A DNA stretch of 41,517 bases, from NCBI GenBank assembly GCA_030167865.1, contig JALAGF010000257.1:1-41517 (forward strand), read 5' to 3'. Shown here piece by piece: positions 22,101 to 29,160 of this stretch (position 1 is its first letter; the number at the start of each line of letters is the position of its first letter). Origin of the DNA: Craspedostauros australis. Its lineage: Eukaryota. The position numbers and the translations under genes were made by a program. The notes beneath the pieces were generated by a model that did not search any database, was not told where the DNA came from, and saw nothing but the letters and a program-made list of their open reading frames with translations.

Positions 22101-22578
22101 AGAGCAGATCGTGGCGTTGGATCTCCGTCGACAGCCATTTCAGCTCGTTGTAGATGGTCTCGTCGTCGGTATCATCGGCATCGAGCTGATCGATGCTGGC
22201 TTGCGATTTGCTGTCCTTCGCAGGAGCGGCCGAAGATGCGAGCGCCGTCGCGAATCTGCGCCGCGGAACGAATCTATGCGCGCTCAAGTGGGAACATGAG
22301 GGGCGTTGCCTTGACTGCAATTTGGCAGTGCCACTCACATCCGCTGCTGCAGCAAGCTGAGAGGACCCTCCGATCGCACACCTCGCAGTCCGGCCATTGT
22401 GAAAGCGCCTCCTCCCAACCAAGGATGCTCTTGACGCCGTCGGTGGCAGCCAAGCACGCACTCGCGAGGACCAAGGCAGCATTATCAGCAGCGTGAACGT
22501 GAAGGTGAACGTGAAGGTGATCCAGCCAACCACTGATGCAGCTGCGCTCCAATGATGAACTCTCGGGAAGGTCCGCAT
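19129..22578 (-). CDS. ligA: NAD+-dependent DNA ligase (bacterial LigA type) with an N-terminal organelle-targeting presequence, ~1149 aa
   Basis: Domain Ia HDLLYY...DDEFDAL; MLSLDNA; motif I EPKLDG; TRGDG.VG.DVT; EVRGE; NARNAASG; DGCVHK; PRWAVAHKF; OB fold QVGRTGALTPVA, ATLHN, RAGDVIP; Zn finger CPAC...CGGPPLLC; HhH repeats; C-terminal BRCT IVFTG...GKKL..A..LG. Start placed at ATG 22578 (signal peptide); the open frame extends up to 22995. Confidence 0.96.
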   Translation of the reverse strand: MRTFPRVHHWSAAASVVGWITFTFTFTFTLLIMLPWSSRVRAWLPPTASRASLVGRRRFHNGRTARCAIGGSSQLAAAADVSGTAKLQSRQRPSCSHLSAHRFVPRRRFATALASSAAPAKDSKSQASIDQLDADDTDDETIYNELKWLSTEIQRHDLLYYADAANVELTDDEFDALVSREEHISEQFPHLLQRWRDESGLDLAATRSGRVGAQQAVSTVRLKRSHHSSMLSLDNAVNQDELVAWLERMTKKLYPKPLAADSDSDENTESEDEHDATEATGVSIIDASDIDIQSTVDTITIMTEPKLDGISLSIRYELSTDDSDGHLYHLVWAATRGDGRVGLDVTAAIREDMEQTIPSHLRWPITSSTPPPIIEVRGEIILPNSVFQDLKQERQGQLAAAEAVRKLIEENCTAASNSTLNSNSTLNETGASTDSNETQQEEPSSEATLPEIPAVTIPAFSNARNAASGILLRKEKDDASRRLQSKLVFYAYDMVQSTTLRTAAGSAPNQSPSSGLEVREMLQSFGFNVPHPFTTTSVSLADVVARQPAENETTVWTADDIQPILEYYTELGDHRLLMDQASHGGSDAEALDDADISDFITVTNGASAAISKSKEKGKRKSKRNAENKSKFEWGDFEMDGCVHKVSEFEARQLLGSSTKYPRWAVAHKFPSTTYVTQLLGIEVQVGRTGALTPVAVLEPVDVQGVMVQRATLHNFGHLQELLLDGIVDDRMLSNKQLAKGTLVMVRRAGDVIPQVVQRVDSRPIADNSTEDDIISLEAPKACPACGSPAILQVTVENRNATSVGQVLRCGGPPLLCPPRAVTSLKHAYSRDALDVTGLSEAKVRQLMNATHPNTTRPILQFPCDVFLWDDDDWETIAELPGWGKKSCANLQRAAQRVSSDGVSLSRFIYSLGIRQAGQTTSEILASVYGNKTAFLKALDETAKWERPRTVAKEDGEDAESTDVDGDTVAAAATETPSDDNGILQTVNKSDLDHPFALLFDEEIKGIGPAQVTALTTFAKEPEMLAAAKRLADAIVVQDEEILFDFGPDGDAAKSKQGASASSQTDDPNLPFAGMRIVFTGSIPGWTRRDIQAGAKKLGAKSTPGSVGKSTSLLVYGNRGGKKLDEAEALGVDMMEASDFIEILNKHSIS

Positions 22579-23180
22579 TGGATGCTTCCAATCGGCACAG
22601 AGCAGAGAGTGCGGCACTCCAGAGAGTATCGTGTGAGTTAGTAGGTGTGCTGTTGAGCTGGGGCTCTGGGTGCAACTACTGATGGATTTCGACAGCGGTC
22701 TGCAAGATCCTGCTTGTTCTTTCGGTGTCGCGGGTTTGGAGAGTTGGAGAGCTGGAGAGTTGGAGATGAGAGTCCTTGTGCACCTGTGCTGAAGATGTGG
22801 ATACTTGTGGAGAATATAGTATTGGTATTCTAGTATGGTACCATTCTGCGCCAGAGTATCCGGACCACGCACGCAGTGTTTGATGGGTTGCCTTTGCTGT
22901 GTGTTGTCGGCGTCAGGTTTTTGATGGACAGGAAGCGCCTCCTTCGCTTTTTGAGTCGTGGATAGTATCTCTGGTTTTTGCGGCAATTCCGACATGTGTG
23001 AAATTTACGAAGACCTAAGCTAAGCCGGGCAATGCGGGTTGCGATCTTTGTTGATGCAGAAAGATGATGGGTCTTCTGTGGTGTGTCGCGTGGTGGTTGT
23101 GACTGATCGTCTCCATCTCCATTTCGATCTCAATCTCAATCTCTTCGTGCTGAGTATCGCACTCGGACGATCGCGCAGCA

Positions 23181-24581
23181 ATGAAAGCCACACTCATCCC
23201 AACCTTGATCGTTGTCGCGGCGGTTGTGGTCCAGGCGGAGGCGTTGGCGCCTTTGCCCACGCAACCGCGAGGATCACGCTCGTCCGCCTCAGGCAGTACG
23301 CGTGATCACCACCGCATCCGCAACACTCCATTCACGAGGTTCTTCCACGATGACTCCTTTGCGCTGGGATCGACACAAGTGGACGACGATGGCGTCATGG
23401 AGCGAAAACCAACGAGCAGCTTGGACACGCAATCGCCGCGACCCATCCTCGTCCGACGGATCGAACAGTTCGCCCGGTTGCCGGTCTGGCCGGCATGGTA
23501 CGGCGTCGCGATCTTCGTCGTGGCACGCGTCCTGGGAGACGGCGCGGCGGCCAAACTGGAGAATGCCATCGGCGGCCGCGTCTGTCCCAACTTCTACGAT
23601 CCCAACGAGACGACGCCCTTCGTCATGCTCGTGCATCACTGCCATTCCTTCCTCAGCTTCGATCCTCTGCGGTGGTTCCAAAGGGCCGCCATCCTGCCCG
23701 AAGGCTTTCCTGCTCATCCGCATCGTGGCTTCACCACCATCACCTACTTCCTCAAGGGCGGCTTTCGCCATCGCGACAGTTTGGGCATCCAGCAGAAGTA
23801 CGGCGCCAACACCGCAAGCGCTCACAGATACAAGCACCACACGCAATGGCTCTTCACGGGCGCCGGCCTCCTGCACGAAGAAATGTTCGATTTCGGCACG
23901 GCAGGCGGTTCCATCTGGGAACGCCAGGAGCTCTATCAGCTCTGGCTCAACGTCCCCGCCAAGAACAAGCTCGAATCGCCGCAATGCATCCTCATGGGCG
24001 ACGACGACGACAATTATCCCACGCCGCATGCCCGCAGCGATGATGGCACCGAGACGATCGTGCTGGCCGGAACCTACCGGGATGCGTCGGCGCGGGCGCC
24101 CGCAATGTCCGACGTTGCCATCTTCCACGTGCAGATTCCGCCCGGCGCCACATGGCAGCACATCGTCCCCGCCCAGCATCGGACCGCCTTCCTCTACATC
24201 CGACAAGGTTCCGGCATGCTGCAATCCACCGAACTGCCCGTCCATCACACCGTCTTCTTCGATACCATCCCCAATCGCCCGTCGTCCATCGAGATCCGAG
24301 CCCACGACAAGGACGGCATGGACTTCCTCTTCCTGTCAGGCCAGCCCTTGCAGGAACCCATCTCGGCGCAAGGCAGCATGGTCATGACGACGCCCGATCA
24401 GATCGATGCGGCCTATCAGGATTATCAAAGAGGATACATGGGCGCGCCGTGGGATCATGCCATGTCGGATGCGGAATGGCAACAGCATGTGGCGCAGAAT
24501 CCTTGCCAGTACAAGTACTCCAGCACGTACGGCGGTGACAAACCTGTCATGAGCAAGGATGACGATAGCGAGAGCAGATGA
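23181..24581 (+). CDS. Pirin-family (bicupin) protein with signal peptide, probably plastid-targeted, 466 aa
   Basis: Pirin metal-binding motifs GFPAHPHRGF.TITY, HRDSLG, QW..TGAGLLHEEM and QLWLN, plus the C-terminal EPI...G.MVM....I..A..DY. N-terminus is MKATLIPTLIVVAAVVVQAEA|LAP. Confidence 0.93.
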   Translation: MKATLIPTLIVVAAVVVQAEALAPLPTQPRGSRSSASGSTRDHHRIRNTPFTRFFHDDSFALGSTQVDDDGVMERKPTSSLDTQSPRPILVRRIEQFARLPVWPAWYGVAIFVVARVLGDGAAAKLENAIGGRVCPNFYDPNETTPFVMLVHHCHSFLSFDPLRWFQRAAILPEGFPAHPHRGFTTITYFLKGGFRHRDSLGIQQKYGANTASAHRYKHHTQWLFTGAGLLHEEMFDFGTAGGSIWERQELYQLWLNVPAKNKLESPQCILMGDDDDNYPTPHARSDDGTETIVLAGTYRDASARAPAMSDVAIFHVQIPPGATWQHIVPAQHRTAFLYIRQGSGMLQSTELPVHHTVFFDTIPNRPSSIEIRAHDKDGMDFLFLSGQPLQEPISAQGSMVMTTPDQIDAAYQDYQRGYMGAPWDHAMSDAEWQQHVAQNPCQYKYSSTYGGDKPVMSKDDDSESR

Positions 24582-25066
24582 TGATGTTGTTGTTGGTTGT
24601 GGTCGTGCTGGCAGTTGTTCTGATTGTGGCAGTATGTGGTGGAAACATCGCAGTAACAGCAACGGTGGCAATTCCCAATCATGAAGCATGTCTCAGCTGT
24701 CTCTCTGGCAATACGCTTGCTATCAGTATGTTCACTCCACCACAAATACATAATCGAGGGAGAGAGAGAGAGCGATCAAAGGCTTTTTACTTGTACAAAT
24801 ACGGTCAGATAGGAATTACGAGGATACTGGTGCTTAGTCCCGCTCGAATGTCTGCGAGACTTGCGCTGTGCAGAGAACCGAGGTATCAGAAGCTTTGATG
24901 GATCTTGATCGCAATCCAATGCATGTCGTCAGGTGGTTTGGGGGTACTCATGAACTGGAGCAACATCATTCCATAGACTCCAACATAGACGCCAGCATAG
25001 ACATTCTTCCTTTTCGTGCATTCACGCCACCCACCCACGTCGCTCACACAGCCATGATTTCTGTTT

Positions 25067-26572
25067 TCAAAGACGGCTCATGTCCACCGCGCGAAGGTGA
25101 TCGATTTTGCATCGCAAGGTTGCCAACGGCCGCTGCAGCCATGATTCGATATTGACTGAGGTAACCGAATTCATCCAGGCGGTTTCACCGTCTGCGTACG
25201 CGTTGGAGTGGTCGTGGCCGCCGCGCGATGGTGGATGCGATACATATGACCATTCCAACCCAAGGGAAAGCCTTGACCACCAGTTTGGGAAGATGAAATC
25301 GGTGGAGAAGTCATCCGCACTGATTTCGCCGGATCTGAGCTGGCGTTGGAGCCGTTCTTCGGGACTGTTCGGGCGATAGCGCATCGATGTTGTTGCCGCA
25401 ACGGCATCGTCGATCCATTCATCTGGGATGTGATTGGAGAGTGAAATGCGGAACGAACTGCCTGGAGTGGCGAATCTATACTGAGCTTTGACTTCACCGC
25501 CTGGAAATATTGCAACCTTCGGCAAGAACCAATCGTCATCGGAATCATCCCAAAAATTGGTGGGGGCAGGTCGCCTGAAGAAGTATCCCGAATCCAGCGA
25601 TTCGTCGTCCTCATCATCGCTATCGTAGCCGTGACGACCGTAGTGACCGTGGTGGCGATTCTGCTGCTGTCGTCGTCGGCGTCGACCACGAGGGTGTGTG
25701 ATGCTGTCCCAGAACTTGAGACCGACCACACTTGCCTGCACAGTCAGACGCTTCGGTTTGATCGGCAACATGAAGCTTGCTTGGGCAAGATCCGCAGTAT
25801 GATGTAGGCCAAAATCCGCCCTGCGTTCTTGCATCGACTTCGTCCGCCAGTAGGTTGCGATCGTCGACTTGTCCAGCAGAAAGGTGCGTCTGGGGTAAGA
25901 ACGAAGGTAGCGTTCCCCGGAGATCTGGATCCTCTCTGGGCGGATCTTGGGGATGCCCGGTGATCGGGAACGGTAGCGAGAAGCGCTCGCCCGTTGCATG
26001 TCTTGTTGCTCGTCTGTACCAACTTCCCACTCCAACATCGATCCAATGCTATCCAGTCCAAACCATTGGTCGCGAAAGTCGCCCCCAGCTGTGAGATAGA
26101 CATTCGGATCCCACAAGGGCGTCGCGTGCTTCGGCGGCTTGGTCTTCCCCAAAATCGATTGGAGAAGTGGTTCTCGAACGGAGTTGCTTGTTCCACAGAC
26201 ATTGCCGACATCACTCAGATTGTCGAAGAGCTGAGTGCCGCCGTCGTCGGCGCTGCCACCTGCATCATCCTTGCCGTCGTCCGCATAGACGTCCATCTCA
26301 CCTGCAGACCCGCCAACTCGCAACAGGATTCGAAGGTCCCCTGCCAGATTCAATTGAATAAAGGAGCGCTTGTTGAATTTATCTTGCGATGAAGCGGCAG
26401 CGCCATTGGATGGGTTGGGATCGTTGATCTCCACACCGTCAAGAACCAGCGGTGCAGACCGTCCATCGCGATTGCTCCCTCCCTGCGAAGCAAACGGATT
26501 CCACCCACCTGCCACACATTGGAATCCTTGCAACAGAAGCGCGGCGCCGAACAGAGGCTTCAGCGATGTCAT
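25067..26572 (-). CDS. Uncharacterised protein with signal peptide, ~501 aa, ending in SRL
   Basis: Long ORF with MTSLKPLFGAALLLQGFQCVAG|GWNPF at the N-terminus, a CA-rich leader upstream and Trp-rich beta-strand-like segments. No family recognised. Confidence 0.75.
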   Translation of the reverse strand: MTSLKPLFGAALLLQGFQCVAGGWNPFASQGGSNRDGRSAPLVLDGVEINDPNPSNGAAASSQDKFNKRSFIQLNLAGDLRILLRVGGSAGEMDVYADDGKDDAGGSADDGGTQLFDNLSDVGNVCGTSNSVREPLLQSILGKTKPPKHATPLWDPNVYLTAGGDFRDQWFGLDSIGSMLEWEVGTDEQQDMQRASASRYRSRSPGIPKIRPERIQISGERYLRSYPRRTFLLDKSTIATYWRTKSMQERRADFGLHHTADLAQASFMLPIKPKRLTVQASVVGLKFWDSITHPRGRRRRRQQQNRHHGHYGRHGYDSDDEDDESLDSGYFFRRPAPTNFWDDSDDDWFLPKVAIFPGGEVKAQYRFATPGSSFRISLSNHIPDEWIDDAVAATTSMRYRPNSPEERLQRQLRSGEISADDFSTDFIFPNWWSRLSLGLEWSYVSHPPSRGGHDHSNAYADGETAWMNSVTSVNIESWLQRPLATLRCKIDHLRAVDMSRL

Positions 26573-27246
26573 GTTTGTTGTTCTGGTTGCCGTGTGAGCG
26601 ATGTTGGTTGATGCGATGGAATGTTTGTGTGGTGCAGACTGGCACTTGTGCACTCGTAAGTATCACGTATCGTACACTGCCGACATGAGTGTTGTGTGCT
26701 ACGCGTTCACTCTGGTTGGATTGGCGTTCCATGCGCAGCTTTGTGGGCGAGCAACGCTCCATCTTTGGTTGGCGCGGCTTGGCACCAAAGCGCAAGTTGA
26801 CACCAAAGCCCGAATCCTTCATCGGCTTCGGAAAAACTTGATGGGTCGTGACATGAGACACGGGACTCGTGGAAGCGAACTCTGATTGTTCCACAAGGAT
26901 TTTCAGTCTATCGAGTCAAATTCGGTGCGGCGAAGTTTGCAGCCAATCCTTTCTCAGAATACGTATCATGGACAGACATACGAGTACAATCTCTAGCGTC
27001 GACTAGAGTAGCCTGACGAAGCAACACATCAACCCCAAACCAAAGGCCATCAACATCCATCCATCCAAATCCTCACAAGTTCGGGCTCCTCATACCTGCG
27101 AGTGCCATACGAGCTCAGAGTGCCCATACTGGTGCTCTTCTCGTATGATACATCCAAAGGCTCGTCCTGACAATCATATTATTTTATTGCATGGACGAGT
27201 GGCAACCACATCCATGACCAACACCGGAACAGTGGAGAGCGCGAGT

Positions 27247-28905
27247 ATGATGCACAGAGCACCATGGTTGATTGCCGGCATCACATGCGCAATCACGTTC
27301 ATTCATCCCATCGAAGCATTCCATCCAGCATCAACGTCGACCAATTCCCCTGCGATGAGTCTCAACGGTGGGGGCAGAGCAGCCAGCAGAGCAGCGATCA
27401 CACTGAAAATGGGGACGACAAGGACAAGAATTAACAGATTGTCAAGTGGGATGGCAGAAGCACCATCGTTTCTGCTTGGAAGGAGTGTGAGGCACCGGCA
27501 AAGAATGATGTCTGCTGCTCCACGGCATTCTTCTCAAGCATGTTTCGCGCTATACTCCACCACAACGCAAACAGAACAGCAACAACACGACAAAGAGGAC
27601 CAGCCATCATCGTCGCAAGATGCAGAGGAGGCACCAGAGAAGCTCACGCAGGAGCAAAAGTCGATATTGCGCAAGGAACGCAAAAAGGCAAAGGCGAAAG
27701 CCAAACGCAGGGAGTTCGTTGGCATGGCCAAGGCCGTCGATAGAGGGCAGTACATGACGACCTACCAGCCAGGAGGCGACGATGGCCTGACCTTCCGCGC
27801 CAAATCGGGCTTGCCGACGTCCCAACATTCCTTCACCGTGCTGGGCATAGAGAGTTCCTGCGACGACACGGGCGCCGCCATCGTCCGCAGCGACGGGGTC
27901 ATCCTCGGTGAGGCATTGGCCTCGCAGGCCGAGATTCATGAGGAATGGGGCGGCGTCGTACCGGGGCTGGCCAAGTCGGCGCACGAGCAGAACCTCGATC
28001 TCGTCATCGAACAGGCGTTGCAGGATGCCGGCATGGCCAGCGTGGATGACGTCGATGCCATCGCCGTCACGGTCGGACCGGGTCTGGAGATATGTCTGCG
28101 CGTGGGAACCAACCGCGCACGCGAGCTTGCCGCGACAGCGCAGAAACCATTTGTCGGGATTCATCATCTCGAGGCGCACATCTTGATGGCGCGGTTGGAA
28201 CAGCCGGAGTTGGAATTCCCCTTCCTGGCATTGCTGGTGTCCGGCGGCCATTGCCAGCTCCTCAAGTGCCAAGGGATTGGACGGCACGAGATCATCGGCG
28301 GAACGTTGGATGATTCCTTGGGGGAAGCTTTTGACAAGACGGCGCGTTTGCTCGGTCTTCCCGTCGGTGGCGGTGGCGGACCGGCCGTCGAAGCCTTGGC
28401 GCGCGAAGGCGATCCAAAATCCATCCCCCTCACCATCCCACTGCAGCAGCGCAAGGATTGTGATTTCAGCTATGCTGGTCTCAAGACCAACGTGCGCCGC
28501 GCCGCCGAGAAGCTGGCCGACGAACGAGCTCTGGAGAGCGTGGGTGACATTGAACGGGAGGACAAGGCAAACATCGCGGCGTCCTTCCAGAACATTGCCA
28601 TCAAGCATATTGAGATGCGGCTCAGCCGTGCCATGGATCAGCTGGAGGATGATGATGTCACCAGCGACATCAAATCTTTGGCGCTCGTGGGAGGAGTTGC
28701 AGCCAACAAGGAACTCCGCAGTCGGCTGGAAAAGGCCTGCGTAGATAGAGACTGGAAGCTCGTTGTCCCGCCCGGCAGACTCTGCACGGATCAGGGAGCC
28801 ATGGCGGCATGGGCAGGAGTCGAACGATTGAAGCTGGGAAGTTCCGATGATCCAACCGAGCAGGAAGTGTACGCGAGGTTCCCTTTCCATAACTATAGTG
28901 CTTAA
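27247..28905 (+). CDS. tsaD: Organellar tRNA N6-adenosine threonylcarbamoyltransferase (TsaD/Qri7/OSGEPL1/GCP1 type), ~552 aa
   Basis: Motifs VLGIESSCDDTGAA, GGVVP.LA..AH, AVTVGPGL, HHLEAH (metal), LLVSGGH, TLDDSLGEAFDK.AR, FSYAGLKT, GGVAAN and CTDQGAM. Presequence MMHRAPWLIAGITCAITFIHPIEA|FHP. Upstream in-frame ATGs exist at 27145 and 27214. Confidence 0.96.
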   Translation: MMHRAPWLIAGITCAITFIHPIEAFHPASTSTNSPAMSLNGGGRAASRAAITLKMGTTRTRINRLSSGMAEAPSFLLGRSVRHRQRMMSAAPRHSSQACFALYSTTTQTEQQQHDKEDQPSSSQDAEEAPEKLTQEQKSILRKERKKAKAKAKRREFVGMAKAVDRGQYMTTYQPGGDDGLTFRAKSGLPTSQHSFTVLGIESSCDDTGAAIVRSDGVILGEALASQAEIHEEWGGVVPGLAKSAHEQNLDLVIEQALQDAGMASVDDVDAIAVTVGPGLEICLRVGTNRARELAATAQKPFVGIHHLEAHILMARLEQPELEFPFLALLVSGGHCQLLKCQGIGRHEIIGGTLDDSLGEAFDKTARLLGLPVGGGGGPAVEALAREGDPKSIPLTIPLQQRKDCDFSYAGLKTNVRRAAEKLADERALESVGDIEREDKANIAASFQNIAIKHIEMRLSRAMDQLEDDDVTSDIKSLALVGGVAANKELRSRLEKACVDRDWKLVVPPGRLCTDQGAMAAWAGVERLKLGSSDDPTEQEVYARFPFHNYSA

Positions 28906-29160
28906 TCGGTGTTCGTATTCTACAAGTATGTCCACTACACTCATGTATCGTACTCAAGCATGAACCATAGTTCTATAGCGGAAGGTGGATCGTGCGATGG
29001 CATGCCATGGTATGATGTGGGATGTGGATTCGTGCTCACGCACTTCGAAATACAGAATGATCTCACAATGCTTCGGACATGATTTGCGGCTGTGAAGCAA
29101 GGGGCTCATGACTCAGCTACCCATTCACCCATCGGCGTTGCGTGATTATTTCTCATGACA

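Noticed and set aside
22579-22995. N-terminal extension of ligA to ATG 22995
   Set aside because: It would bury the signal peptide 139 aa inside the protein, and the sequence looks like leader/promoter shared with pirin. Not fully excluded.
26991-27008. Near-palindrome CTCTAGCGTCGACTAGAG between divergent genes
   Set aside because: Short and imperfect; cannot be distinguished from chance.
27607-28944. 445-aa antisense ORF over tsaD (similar shadows at 23289-24305, 23212-24387, 29576-30685, 6675-7259)
   Set aside because: Shadow ORFs caused by strong codon bias in the real genes; no motifs.
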